In this document: positions 14,610 to 24,571 of the stretch, piece after piece | Layout of the letters: every line of letters begins with the position of its first letter | Position numbering within the stretch: the stretch's first letter is position 1 | DNA from: a virus | Taxonomy: Duplodnaviria > Caudoviricetes | IMG/VR virus record: IMGVR_UViG_3300037461_000547 | Span: 17,332 to 81,331 of that record | Strand: one strand, 5' to 3' | Length of the DNA stretch: 64,000 nucleotides | Translations under genes and position numbers: made by a program | Notes under the pieces: model-generated | The model's input: only the letters and a program-made list of their open reading frames with translations | The model's database searches: none | Told to the model about the DNA's origin: nothing

Positions 14610-15193
14610 TTATTCTCCTGCGTCGGTAAAAGTTCTGGTCTGTCACATTGTGATAAAACATCATTGATAAATATCTGCCAATGCGGGAGTTTGTGATCAC
14701 GACGTTGAAGTATGATGTTACGCATCGTCTTATAACTCATACACCATAACCGTGATTGTAGGAATCCTTCTGGCAAAATAGATTTTAATTTTAACAGATT
14801 CCCATCCTCTTTAGCTAACTCCCACATCTGTATTATTTGGGCAGATTGTAATAACTCAGCACACTCAAAAGATTCACTTGCCCAAGCGACCATCTCATCC
14901 AAGTCATGGCAATCTCTAAGTTGTTTTACAAGTGTGTGCATCGTGCTCTCACTCTGTTTGGTAGACAGACGAAAGGTATCGGCTTCCTGCCACCAATATC
15001 GCGGTGCTTTAACCATGATCCACATAAAAATGGATTCAAGAAATTTATTGTGCCCGCCGTCCTTGAAAGCAAGTGTTTTTGCGACCTCCTCTGCACGTTC
15101 AAAACTATCTAAGTTGTACGAGAGTGCGAGTCCAGTTATCGCTTGTTCATATCCAACGTCTTGTAACACTATTGTTGTTATTTTTGGTCTCAT
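14606..15193 (-). CDS. thyX: FAD-dependent thymidylate synthase ThyX-like
   Basis: GHNKFLE, APRYWWQEADTFR, QSESTMH, LPEG and LPHW motifs. Confidence 0.8.
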   Translation of the reverse strand: MRPKITTIVLQDVGYEQAITGLALSYNLDSFERAEEVAKTLAFKDGGHNKFLESIFMWIMVKAPRYWWQEADTFRLSTKQSESTMHTLVKQLRDCHDLDEMVAWASESFECAELLQSAQIIQMWELAKEDGNLLKLKSILPEGFLQSRLWCMSYKTMRNIILQRRDHKLPHWQIFINDVLSQCDRPELLPTQENK

Positions 15194-15297
15194 ATTTTGT
15201 CTCCTAAGTGTTTTATTGTTGCCAATCACCAACACCAAAAATCGCGGGCAACCAATCCTGTCCGTCCCACACCATGATAATGTCACCATGCTTTGAA

Positions 15298-15597
15298 TCA
15301 CCTAATTTTACTGCCACTTTCAATCTCCCTTAACGAATATTCATTTGCACGTTTCTCTGAATCCCGATTCTGCCAATCCATCCAAGCGTCGAGAGTTTCC
15401 TTGCCTATGATCCCATCGACTTTAATGTTGTAACCTGCTTTACGTAGTAACTGTTGGACTTCATAAGTGTACAGTAATTGTTTTTGTGGTTCTGGCTTTG
15501 GAGGTCGCATTAAAGTAAGAGTAAGGGTTACAACGGAACAAATGATAACTATTGCGCAGAATATTCTTATAAGTTTTAGACATTTTTCAATTTCCAT
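15298..15597 (-). CDS. Membrane-anchored peptidoglycan-binding protein
   Basis: N-terminal TM helix; VQQLLRKAGYNIKVDGIIGKETLDA matches PG_binding_1. Confidence 0.75.
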   Translation of the reverse strand: MEIEKCLKLIRIFCAIVIICSVVTLTLTLMRPPKPEPQKQLLYTYEVQQLLRKAGYNIKVDGIIGKETLDAWMDWQNRDSEKRANEYSLREIESGSKIR

Positions 15598-15604
15598 ATT
15601 TCAC

Positions 15605-15784
15605 CTATTCGTATGGTGTTAGATTTTTTCCTTGTTCTATTGCATCAGTAATTATCGCTGAACAATACGCTCTGTTTTCAAGTTTCTTAAACAGTCGCTT
15701 ACGTTCTCGTAAAGATTCTCCAGGTCTTTTATGTAAGTCTTTGAGTTGATTTAAAATATCTTCTTGAGTTTGCTTCGTGTCCAT
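15605..15784 (-). CDS. Hypothetical protein (59 aa, below track cutoff)
   Basis: AAAGGA RBS; MDTKQTQEDILNQLK...NLTPYE*. Confidence 0.6.
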   Translation of the reverse strand: MDTKQTQEDILNQLKDLHKRPGESLRERKRLFKKLENRAYCSAIITDAIEQGKNLTPYE

Positions 15785-15987
15785 TGTATTATCCTTTCCA
15801 GTTTAGAGTGTTTAATTTCCCAAGAACCGCTGCCCAAATGCGCACAATCGTTTAACAGACAAAACAATATCTGACCCTCATCGCACACAACTGCAAATCG
15901 ATCGTGCCACATGCTTTCAATTTTGTACCATTTCCCTTTTGTAAGGTAGTAAGGTACATTACCTGTCTTTACCCTTGCTTTCGACAT
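15751..15987 (-). CDS. Hypothetical protein
   Basis: AAAGGAG RBS before ATG 15987. Confidence 0.65.
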   Translation of the reverse strand: MSKARVKTGNVPYYLTKGKWYKIESMWHDRFAVVCDEGQILFCLLNDCAHLGSGSWEIKHSKLERIIQWTRSKLKKIF

Positions 15988-17407
15988 AATACAGCTCCTT
16001 TTTCGCTCTTGTAATTGCGACATAGTGTAAATTATTTTCCTGAATTTTTTGCCACGGTTCGGTACATTTTGGATGTGGAAGAAGTTCTGGTTTCATAATG
16101 AAAACTCTATCGGCTTCCAATCCTTTACTTTTGTGTATTGTGCTGAATGTTACACCTTCACCTTTAGAAGAAAAGATTTTGTCAATCCGTTTCCTAACGT
16201 CCGAGACGGTCTCACAATCTGCACAAAGTGCGTACAGTGTGTCCCGCGTATCTTGGATTTTTATTGTCAGGGCTTCATGGCCGACACATCGCTTCATCTT
16301 CTTTGTGAGCCAACTTTCAAGGGACTCAAAATACGCTTCAATATTTGCTGAGTCTTTAAGATTCAGCTCATCGATAGTTGAAAGTAGATTCTCAGCAATA
16401 TCACGACCAAGAATAACTGCCTTCTGTCCGTTGCGTAACATATACATACACTCCTCTACAAGGGGCGCTGTAGTCCGGCATAGAACATAATCCCCTTCAC
16501 GGGCATCCAGCTTCTTGACACGTGTGACACATCCTTCTTCCGCGTTTTCCCACCACTCGATATAGGGTACAATTTTCTTTGCTTCTTTTACGATAGATTT
16601 ACTGCATCGGTAACAAATGCTCAGCGGTAATACTTTTGCCTTTAGTGTGCTGTGAAGCCCTTCAATGGCCTCAGTGTCTGCACCCCGAAACCCATATATC
16701 GCTTGAAACGTATCACCTACAGCTATTATACGCCCATTCTCTTTAATCAGCTGTAAGATAAAAGAAATTTGTAATGGTGAGAGGTCTTGCGATTCGTCCA
16801 CAAAGACATACTCAAACTTTGGAAAGTCCCAACCATACATCAAAGGAAACCAAATCATATCATCATAGTCAGCGACACGTGTGTATTCAAAACTACGGAC
16901 ATAAACACGACGCAACAAATCAACGTTCCAATTGTCAGGCAATTCAATTCCATGTCTATCTACGAGTGGCTGAATGTCAAACGTACATAGTGGCGGGTAC
17001 TCTGCGCTCTTCATAAGACTGACAAGTTTCTTTATCGGGCTAATGTGGCTCTTAAAAATTTTCACGTCATCCGGATTATCAAAATCAAGTATCTCATATT
17101 TGAGAATATTCTTAATTTTATTGTCATTAACTTTGATATATCCCCGAATATTGTCCCGACATAATTCCCATCCGACACTATGTAATGTACGTGCTTCCAC
17201 ATGTACAGGTAATCTACGTGCCAATTCCTCTGCGATGTGTTTGTTGAACGCAACAAAAATACAGCGTTTATCCCAGGGGACACGATTGGCAGCTTCAACA
17301 ATAGTGGTAGTTTTTCCGCTACCGGCGACAGCTTCAACGATACAATGTCCAACGCCATGATTTATGAAATCGAAAATGTCCTCTTGATATTTACTGTATT
17401 TAGTCAT
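15959..17407 (-). CDS. UvrD/Rep-family SF1 helicase
   Basis: AVAGSGKT, VDESQD, VGDTFQAIYGFRGA, STIHKSKGLE and YVAITRAK motifs. Confidence 0.93.
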   Translation of the reverse strand: MTKYSKYQEDIFDFINHGVGHCIVEAVAGSGKTTTIVEAANRVPWDKRCIFVAFNKHIAEELARRLPVHVEARTLHSVGWELCRDNIRGYIKVNDNKIKNILKYEILDFDNPDDVKIFKSHISPIKKLVSLMKSAEYPPLCTFDIQPLVDRHGIELPDNWNVDLLRRVYVRSFEYTRVADYDDMIWFPLMYGWDFPKFEYVFVDESQDLSPLQISFILQLIKENGRIIAVGDTFQAIYGFRGADTEAIEGLHSTLKAKVLPLSICYRCSKSIVKEAKKIVPYIEWWENAEEGCVTRVKKLDAREGDYVLCRTTAPLVEECMYMLRNGQKAVILGRDIAENLLSTIDELNLKDSANIEAYFESLESWLTKKMKRCVGHEALTIKIQDTRDTLYALCADCETVSDVRKRIDKIFSSKGEGVTFSTIHKSKGLEADRVFIMKPELLPHPKCTEPWQKIQENNLHYVAITRAKKELYYVESKGKDR

Positions 17408-17681
17408 GTCCTGTGTCTCCTACAATGTAATAGTAAATATATTTTTTGTTTCGTATTTCCGCCCAACGCAAATCTTGTTTCAGGTGTCCGACAACAAGTG
17501 TGTTGTCCCCAACTTTTTCTATCAGTTGTCTGAGTTCATTGAGCGTTAATCGATACCCTAATTCCTCATAATAATGGCCAAAACTTTCGAGAACGTCTAT
17601 TACATCATCGTCTAAAATAATGTTAAACGATGGACGCGTCTCAAAGTCAAAGCTGTTTACACGATGTGCTGATATTGACAT
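17400..17681 (-). CDS. Hypothetical protein
   Basis: AAGGAG RBS before ATG 17681. Confidence 0.7.
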   Translation of the reverse strand: MSISAHRVNSFDFETRPSFNIILDDDVIDVLESFGHYYEELGYRLTLNELRQLIEKVGDNTLVVGHLKQDLRWAEIRNKKYIYYYIVGDTGHD

Positions 17682-17692
17682 AATAGTTCTCC

Positions 17693-18064
17693 TTAACTTA
17701 TATGTACCAAAATAACTTTTGAAGAAGCATCGTTGGCTGTTATGTTGTAACGGTCTCTGATTTTTGGTTTCAAATCGAGTGTATTTAGATGGATAACATC
17801 CAATGTTATCCAACTAATTCCACATAAATTGACAGGTTTTTTGATGCTCTGAATCAAAGCCATTAACTCAACAGCGTCTGATGTGTACACGCAATCCTGT
17901 AAAACTTTTCTGAGTCCGTACGGTGTGATTGTCCAGCCTACACGCGTATCGTGTTTAAGTTCATCATCGGGTGTACTGTAGAGTATATTAAGTTGTGCTA
18001 CAATATCTTCGCTAAGATAAAAATAGCTGTCTGAATCGTCGTGGAAAATTTCTAATGCACGCAT
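17693..18064 (-). CDS. Hypothetical protein
   Basis: AAGGAG RBS before ATG 18064. Confidence 0.7.
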   Translation of the reverse strand: MRALEIFHDDSDSYFYLSEDIVAQLNILYSTPDDELKHDTRVGWTITPYGLRKVLQDCVYTSDAVELMALIQSIKKPVNLCGISWITLDVIHLNTLDLKPKIRDRYNITANDASSKVILVHIS

Positions 18065-18339
18065 ACTATTCTCCTTACCGGTTTTGTTAAACAATCAACC
18101 AATGCCTTAATATACTCTTGTGTAAACAGTTCATCTTGTTGAACACATATCCTACCCTTATAAATAGGAAATGTTATTACACCGTCCTCAAGATGCCAAA
18201 ACCCAATAACATATTCAGGGTCATCTTTGCTAATTATAGCTATATCGGGATCACCCAATTTTTTACGGAGTTCATCTGATTGTTTCAATCGGCTTGAACA
18301 ACTTTTCAAAAGATACTCTGTCCATTCTTCTAAGCTCAT
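18052..18339 (-). CDS. Hypothetical protein
   Basis: 95 aa, ATGA overlap. Confidence 0.7.
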   Translation of the reverse strand: MSLEEWTEYLLKSCSSRLKQSDELRKKLGDPDIAIISKDDPEYVIGFWHLEDGVITFPIYKGRICVQQDELFTQEYIKALVDCLTKPVRRIVCVH

Positions 18340-18608
18340 AATTTGTTCCCTTCAATTTTGAATTTTGTTTTAGCTTCTTCTACAAAAGAAACAGGATAAC
18401 AAGACATGTCCATATCCAAAGTCAATTCTAACATGATGTGACGAATTGGTGCGGCTATATTTAGACCTTCGTCAGTCCATGTTAACGCGCCGTCATGAAA
18501 CATTTTACGTAACCCCAACTCGATCAATCTTTGTTCTGTGTACATTGTCTTCCTTTCCGGACGCATGTCCTTCACAAAGGGTATTAAGCTCTGTTTTAAT
18601 GTATTCAC
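18336..18608 (-). CDS. Hypothetical protein
   Basis: 90 aa. Confidence 0.6.
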   Translation of the reverse strand: MNTLKQSLIPFVKDMRPERKTMYTEQRLIELGLRKMFHDGALTWTDEGLNIAAPIRHIMLELTLDMDMSCYPVSFVEEAKTKFKIEGNKL

Positions 18609-19104
18609 AAATATCTAAGTCTGTGAGAAAATGTTTCGCATTCCAGATTCGTGGAATCAGGATTCCTTTTCCACCTTGTGTTATCCAGCGTGCAACATTT
18701 GAGTCATTGTCGTCGATTAAAATAGCTTCTGGATGTGCACACATTTCTTTTACGGGTGTGACAATGAGTTTCCTATATAGTTCAGGTATCTCACGTTTAA
18801 CCCACGCAATCTTACCACCCACGCACTCAGGATGTAGTGTGGGTGTTGTGATTAATGCAATCGGTAATCCAACGTCAGTGACAGTTTCAAGAATATCTTT
18901 TCCATCAGGTGTCCATGGTAGTGATTCCCAGAATCCATAATTAAGTGGACTCCAGAAACTATTTTCCGACATCCTTAAGTAATTTACAAAATTCCACACG
19001 CCCGCCGGATACGGCCACGGATCATATGGCAACCCGTGAAACTGATGACTACCGCGTACAAAGTCAACTAACACACCGTCCATATCCAAAAAGATTTTAT
19101 ACAT
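18505..19104 (-). CDS. 5'(3')-deoxyribonucleotidase, HAD family
   Basis: IFLDMDGVLVDF motif I; ILIDDNDSN motif IV. Confidence 0.88.
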   Translation of the reverse strand: MYKIFLDMDGVLVDFVRGSHQFHGLPYDPWPYPAGVWNFVNYLRMSENSFWSPLNYGFWESLPWTPDGKDILETVTDVGLPIALITTPTLHPECVGGKIAWVKREIPELYRKLIVTPVKEMCAHPEAILIDDNDSNVARWITQGGKGILIPRIWNAKHFLTDLDICEYIKTELNTLCEGHASGKEDNVHRTKIDRVGVT

Positions 19105-19127
19105 CACGTACTCCTTAATAAAAGTAG

Positions 19128-19154
19128 ACACGCCCCGCCACGCACGGGGCGTGT
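19128..19154 (-). terminator. GC-rich hairpin, possible terminator
   Basis: ACACGCCCCG/CGGGGCGTGT followed by CTACTTTT on the minus strand. Confidence 0.5.
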
Positions 19155-19173
19155 AGCAAAGAAACAGCACATT

Positions 19174-19374
19174 TCAAGCATACGGGCAATGACTCGCAAG
19201 ATTCGCCAAATCGTAAAAATGTTTTGGGTCAAACTTAGGATTTTGTGTGAACTCTCTGGCGATAAGACCCAAGAATCTTGCTTTGATTGTCTTTGCCAAC
19301 CCTGGCTCACCAACATACATCTCTAACTCCAATTTCCCAATGTTAACAGCGATTTGATAAATCTCATTTAACAC
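19174..19374 (-). CDS. Hypothetical protein
   Basis: 66 aa. Confidence 0.65.
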   Translation of the reverse strand: MLNEIYQIAVNIGKLELEMYVGEPGLAKTIKARFLGLIAREFTQNPKFDPKHFYDLANLASHCPYA

Positions 19375-19377
19375 ATT

Positions 19378-19971
19378 TCACCCTTTCAAAGAATTATCGT
19401 TCAAATACTCTGACATTTTTCCCCGTAAACTTTGACGAAGATTTGATACAGTTGCAGATGAAACATTTAATATTTGAACAACATCTTCCTGTGAATAACC
19501 TTCAAGAAGATACCACAGGAGAAGCCGTTCTCTTTTAGTGAGGGACATAGCTTCAATGATTTCTGAAATCATATAAGGACAATCAACTTTTGCAGGAAGT
19601 GTCTCAAACAAAATATCGCGGGACACTGTTACAGACTGTCCAGTAGAATATCCATATCGTGTTATTTTGATTGGTTGATTTTCAGAAATAAATTGTATAA
19701 GCTCTCTTTTTATCCGTGTCGCCAAGATTGCCTTAATCGGCAATTCCCACTTATCAGGTTGTGTAATAAGTTCATTGACACACATGCAAAGAGCCAATAA
19801 TCCCACACCCTCCAAACTACTAAAATCATTTGGTAACAAATGCATGTAATTATGCACAACAGCTTTGGTGAAAGGCAAGTGTGCAAGTATAATTTTATTC
19901 CTTGCGGTCTGATCACCGTTCTTTGCAGACAGCAAACAACTTTGAATTTCGATTTGCGACATCGCTGACAT
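19378..19971 (-). CDS. Phage sigma70-family sigma factor
   Basis: Region 2-like AKNGDQTARNKIILAHL...GLLAL; region 4 LTKRER...GYSQEDVVQILNVSSATV. Confidence 0.8.
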   Translation of the reverse strand: MSAMSQIEIQSCLLSAKNGDQTARNKIILAHLPFTKAVVHNYMHLLPNDFSSLEGVGLLALCMCVNELITQPDKWELPIKAILATRIKRELIQFISENQPIKITRYGYSTGQSVTVSRDILFETLPAKVDCPYMISEIIEAMSLTKRERLLLWYLLEGYSQEDVVQILNVSSATVSNLRQSLRGKMSEYLNDNSLKG

Positions 19972-20061
19972 CCCAAGGCTCCTCAAACAATCGACGTATT
20001 ACTCATTATTTATTATGATGCAACAAATCTGTATTATACATCCATATGCACCCCCTTTTCT

Positions 20062-20294
20062 ATGGATTCACTGAATCCATTTCGCGTCTTTGATTCGATT
20101 TGCAGTAAATTATACCTAACTACAGCATATCACAGTAGTTATGGAAAGTCAAGAGAAAAAACAGAAAAAAAACACTGATTTGAAAATATATTTTATTGAT
20201 TCGATTTGCAAGTGGGCGGACGATTAGATTGGAACGCGCCCGCGAGGAAATCTAATCAGTAATTTTAGTGATAATGTAGTATGATTCGATTTGC
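20062..20294. promoter_or_regulatory. Operator-like array
   Basis: Palindrome ATGGATTCA-C-TGAATCCAT (20062-20080); (T)TGATTCGATTTGC at 20090, 20196 and 20282. Confidence 0.65.
20124..20152 (-). promoter_or_regulatory. Host sigma70-type promoter upstream of the sigma gene
   Basis: TTGACT-N17-TATGCT with extended -10 TG. Confidence 0.7.
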
Positions 20295-20710
20295 CCTTCT
20301 ATGTTTCCGATTGGATAAATCATACCCTTAGGGTCATATATTTTCTTACTGTCCCATGCAACAGCGTGTGTCTTTAATTTTATTACACCCTGTGTTTTTG
20401 TGAGGTAATTCAATAACCGTTGTTTTGCAACTGCGATTGAATAAATCAGATGTGTCTTATTGTCACCATACTGTCCTAACATAGGTAAGGATTGTATTTC
20501 TGTTACACAATACCCTAAACAACAAACAGCGTCAATAAGTTCTTGGATATGAAAGCCACGTCTACACTGTGGTTCGGGTAGACGTGGCCAGAGGATGTGG
20601 TTAGGGTCACTACCCACAAGATGAAAAAGGTGTGTTTGGTTTGTGTCACACGCCATCGCGAATGAAGTTAATAAACATGTATTAGGTATTAGTGATTTTT
20701 GTAGCTGCAT
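20252..20710 (-). CDS. Papain-like (C39-related) cysteine peptidase
   Basis: QKSLIPNTCLLTSFAM...HAVAWD...IYDP suggests a Cys-His-Asp triad. Confidence 0.55.
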   Translation of the reverse strand: MQLQKSLIPNTCLLTSFAMACDTNQTHLFHLVGSDPNHILWPRLPEPQCRRGFHIQELIDAVCCLGYCVTEIQSLPMLGQYGDNKTHLIYSIAVAKQRLLNYLTKTQGVIKLKTHAVAWDSKKIYDPKGMIYPIGNIEGQIESYYIITKITD

Positions 20711-21479
20711 TTATTTTCTTTCCAGCATAGTCGAAATATGTTTTATCTATTTCAACACCAATGAATTTTCTTTCTGTGTTGATTGCAACAATCCCTGTTG
20801 TCCCACTTCCCATGAAGGGATCAAGTACAGTGTCCCCTTTAACACTCCAAGTGAGTATTTGATCAAGCACAAGGTCACGTGGAAAACAAGCGGGGTGTAA
20901 TTCGCCAGGTTCTACAGAATGTCCGCCACCCACTTTATATATAAAGATATTTGTTGCCTTGACTTTTCCTGTGAGTGAAATTGTTGATTCGTGCGATCGT
21001 GTACCGTCTCTGTTTCTGGAGATACTTGTCCGACGTTCTTTTCGGTAAACATCAAAATATTTTCTATCGACCATTTTGGGTATAAATGTTTTTGGTTTTC
21101 CCTTAGAAAAAATAAACATATATTCAAATGCTTGGTAGTACCTTGTATCTCCGCTGACCGGAACAGGATTTTGTTTTACATATAATTGTGTGTCATGTAA
21201 ATTAAATCCAATTTCTTTTGCAAAAAGCGCTTGTCGAAAGGAAGTACCTGTTTCCGATCCTTTTACAGTGGCGTCTGCTACAACCCAAACAACAACACCA
21301 CCTTTTTTAGTAACTCTAAAGATTTGACGCATCGCAAGTTTCCAAACAGACCAATCCCAAACACATCCACCGTATGCACGTAAGTCATCATACGGTGGAC
21401 TTGTTATTGTCAAATCAACAGAATCATTAGGCAATTGTACTAATATGTCGCGACAATCTCCTAAATACAAATCAAACAT
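20682..21479 (-). CDS. DNA N4-cytosine/N6-adenine methyltransferase (beta class)
   Basis: TSPPY precedes DPFMGSGTTG. Confidence 0.92.
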   Translation of the reverse strand: MFDLYLGDCRDILVQLPNDSVDLTITSPPYDDLRAYGGCVWDWSVWKLAMRQIFRVTKKGGVVVWVVADATVKGSETGTSFRQALFAKEIGFNLHDTQLYVKQNPVPVSGDTRYYQAFEYMFIFSKGKPKTFIPKMVDRKYFDVYRKERRTSISRNRDGTRSHESTISLTGKVKATNIFIYKVGGGHSVEPGELHPACFPRDLVLDQILTWSVKGDTVLDPFMGSGTTGIVAINTERKFIGVEIDKTYFDYAGKKINAATKITNT

Positions 21480-21951
21480 TTGTTTTTTCCTCTAAAATGT
21501 CTTCAGAGATTTCAAAAATCCCGTCTGACGCTACCTTCAAATCTTTATGTAACCCACATCCCACAACGAAAACCTTAACACCATTTTCCCGTAGGAAATA
21601 TATCAATGGTATTAAATCGCGGTCGTTACTCACAAGTATTACCTTTGAAATCTTTTCGCGGATAAGGATTACCGTAATCGTAATATCGACATTTAGAGAA
21701 GTTATTTTCCCTGGGGTTGTGTACACAAATTTTGTAACATACCCGATCTGTTTCAAACTATCAATAAAGTTTTTCGCTTCATTTGAAAGACGTGTTCCGT
21801 ACGCATAAAGCAAATCAGGTTCAAACATCTCTTTGAGTTTTGTGTAATCTAATTTGCGATCAGGAAACGCTTTACGGATTGTGTAGTACAAATTAGCTGT
21901 ATCGACTAACAATGCTGTCTTCATTTTATTGGACACCCACCTTTCAAACAT
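21472..21951 (-). CDS. NYN-domain (PIN-like) protein
   Basis: LVDTANL...NVDITI...LVSNDRDLIPL...GVKVFVVG. Confidence 0.85.
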   Translation of the reverse strand: MFERWVSNKMKTALLVDTANLYYTIRKAFPDRKLDYTKLKEMFEPDLLYAYGTRLSNEAKNFIDSLKQIGYVTKFVYTTPGKITSLNVDITITVILIREKISKVILVSNDRDLIPLIYFLRENGVKVFVVGCGLHKDLKVASDGIFEISEDILEEKTNV

Positions 21952-23846
21952 TCAGAATCATCTTGTAATTGACCATCAAAAGAATCTTGTTTTATTTGGA
22001 CTATTGGTATTATCTTAGAAGTTAATTCTTTATACTGCTCACTCGTGATTGGTTCAATCGGCGCTTGTAAAAATCCATGTTCTTCACGAAGTAAAAAGGA
22101 AACAGATTTTATATTGTGGTAATGTCGGTTCAGCCAATCTTTAATCGCAGGAACTTCACTATCATCGTAGTAAATTGTAGCAGACACACTGTTGTCTGCC
22201 CAATATGTCTGTAACCATTGTTGCGCCCTTAGTTGATCGATTGCCGACATCTCTTCCGCACAAATAGCATCATCAGGTGTTTTAATCGGAAAACTAATAA
22301 CAGATGTTTCATAGTCCCGACCGCCGTCTTGGTTCATTTGCGGTTCAACAAAATACCCCGCATCACGACACATTTTAACAAGTGGGTCGGACGCAGCCAT
22401 ACGCACTCTACGGATATAGTATGGGGAATAAGCGGCATGAACACCTGGTAAGACACCTGGTAATAATGAAAGTGTGCCAGATGGTTTTACTGTTGTTAAT
22501 TTTATTGACTCGTTACTTCCAAGATATTGACTGTATTCTTTGTCCATGTGTTCAAGAACTTCATAGACATTATTAAACACTTCAATATCATAACGGAAAT
22601 GTGATTGCATGAATCCTGTTACACTGATACCGATGCGTTGATTTTGTTTCATTATCTCGGCAGACATTTTATGTATAAACGGGAGTTGAGTTACTGATTT
22701 GCACACCTTGTACATTATTTTTGCGATACGGATAAACTGTTCCTGTGTCTCAATATTCGGTAAAAATATTTCACACAGATTACATCCTTCATAACTTTCT
22801 AAAGGAATCTCTGCACAAGGATTAAAGCCAATCACACCCCTGTCCGGTCGGTATCCAAATCCATCAGCAATACGTCCATAATCACGTGCGGCACAAAGAT
22901 TAACAAGTCCAAGTGCTTCGCCCTCGCCATTAAAACCACTCCAAAATTCAGGGGGTAAATCGTTGGGGTCACAGCAAACTAAGCTATTATTACTCATCGC
23001 GCGCCACGTTGGGATTGTGCCCATCGACCAATTTTTGGCGTTAATGAACTCATAATCATTAACATCACCTAATGCGATCTCAGCACTCCGTCTGACATTA
23101 CCAGACACAACGATACTTCCAATAATGTTCATAATGTCAAGACAGTTAATCGGACGCAATTTTGTACCGTAACAAGCTCGCAAGATGTTAATGATTTTAT
23201 GAATCCCGTCAACAAGACTTTCGCTACCAGAAGCAGTCCCACCGAAACTTTTTATTTCTTTCCCTCTGGCACGGATACAATTGGTTGAGTATGTTAAATC
23301 ACCGCCACCATAGAAAAAGCGTTTCAATACTTTTCCAAGTAACTTAACCCATCCTTCACGGTTGTCTGGAACGATGAACCCACAATCAAAAGTATCGACA
23401 CGATTAATCCTTGGATTGAATTTGATTGGTGGCAATTCGTAAACATACTGTGGTTGTATATTAAAACCGACACCACCACCCAACATAAGTTCATCGAAAG
23501 CAAAACAAAATGATGTGACCGGATTGTTTACTGCGACTGCCCAACAGTTAATTAAACTGTCACCGCCAAAACGTTCCACAGTGGATGTCCCTAATTGCCA
23601 CAATGCACGACCTGAAAAACACGCACGTAAATTAAACACATGGTCATAAAGTTCTTCAATTTCATCTTGTGTAAAAGAGCCGATTTCGTCAATCGCTTTT
23701 ACACAACGTTTAACAGTTTGCCACCATTCTTCACGCCCATCATTCTCAATCAAACGTGCGTATGTTCTTTTATAGACAACATACCCGACAGGACCCCACG
23801 GGACAACACTGTTTCTGTATTTATCCATGAATGAGTAGTTATGCAT
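21921..23846 (-). CDS. nrdJ: Class II (B12-dependent) ribonucleotide reductase
   Basis: GPVGYVVYKRTYAR, INCW, GNVRRSA, FNPCAEI and TTVKPSGT motifs. Confidence 0.93.
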   Translation of the reverse strand: MHNYSFMDKYRNSVVPWGPVGYVVYKRTYARLIENDGREEWWQTVKRCVKAIDEIGSFTQDEIEELYDHVFNLRACFSGRALWQLGTSTVERFGGDSLINCWAVAVNNPVTSFCFAFDELMLGGGVGFNIQPQYVYELPPIKFNPRINRVDTFDCGFIVPDNREGWVKLLGKVLKRFFYGGGDLTYSTNCIRARGKEIKSFGGTASGSESLVDGIHKIINILRACYGTKLRPINCLDIMNIIGSIVVSGNVRRSAEIALGDVNDYEFINAKNWSMGTIPTWRAMSNNSLVCCDPNDLPPEFWSGFNGEGEALGLVNLCAARDYGRIADGFGYRPDRGVIGFNPCAEIPLESYEGCNLCEIFLPNIETQEQFIRIAKIMYKVCKSVTQLPFIHKMSAEIMKQNQRIGISVTGFMQSHFRYDIEVFNNVYEVLEHMDKEYSQYLGSNESIKLTTVKPSGTLSLLPGVLPGVHAAYSPYYIRRVRMAASDPLVKMCRDAGYFVEPQMNQDGGRDYETSVISFPIKTPDDAICAEEMSAIDQLRAQQWLQTYWADNSVSATIYYDDSEVPAIKDWLNRHYHNIKSVSFLLREEHGFLQAPIEPITSEQYKELTSKIIPIVQIKQDSFDGQLQDDSECLKGGCPIK

Positions 23847-23861
23847 TTTTTCTCCGTTATG

Positions 23862-24239
23862 TTAGCTATATTCAACTTCGATTAAGCCAATAATATGTCC
23901 TTGCAAACGTGCGCAACACGCATAGTTTTTGTCCCCAGTTTCACTGGTTTTTACTGAAAATGCAGGACATAAAGACCCACAACTTCTTGGCTTATCAAAC
24001 GCACACTCTAATGCCATTGGCGGGGAAAGGGACAAATCAACAAGGAAATCGTTTCTTTCTAATCCAAGACTTCGATGCAGTGAATCTGTACGTATTTTCA
24101 TATTTCCATGACATTTAGGACATGGACTAACATTTTGAGTTTGTCCATTTTCAAGTCTTTGAATGTAACGACCCTTTCCATTACACAAATCACATTCACC
24201 CCACATTGGTTGTACTTTCATTTTATCTCCAATCACCAT
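23862..24239 (-). CDS. Cys-rich protein with DnaJ-type zinc finger
   Basis: CDLCNGKG...CPKCHG. Confidence 0.7.
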   Translation of the reverse strand: MVIGDKMKVQPMWGECDLCNGKGRYIQRLENGQTQNVSPCPKCHGNMKIRTDSLHRSLGLERNDFLVDLSLSPPMALECAFDKPRSCGSLCPAFSVKTSETGDKNYACCARLQGHIIGLIEVEYS

Positions 24240-24571
24240 TTAAGGTATCTGTACCAATTCTCTTGTTGAAAAAGTTTATTTATCTCCGTATCACTGTCAC
24301 TTGTTAAAATCCAGATGGGCGATCCGTTAGCTGAAAACTTTGGAAAGAACTCAGCTTGTGCCGGTGTGAAATCATATCTGTCTGGATTTTTTACTTCCAC
24401 CCATCTTTGACCGTAACGTGTATGACAAATAAAAAGATCAGGGAAACCACTCTGATACATATTCCCGTGTGTCGCTTTTACAAACCAGCCAAGTAGTGTT
24501 AATTTTTTAATAATGGCAGCTTGTATTTGAGCTTCAGGACCTTTTACTTGTCTTGATTTGAATTTGTCCAC
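24233..24571 (-). CDS. VRR-NUC family nuclease
   Basis: EAQIQ...GFPDL...WVEVK...TPAQ. Confidence 0.85.
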   Translation of the reverse strand: MDKFKSRQVKGPEAQIQAAIIKKLTLLGWFVKATHGNMYQSGFPDLFICHTRYGQRWVEVKNPDRYDFTPAQAEFFPKFSANGSPIWILTSDSDTEINKLFQQENWYRYLKW

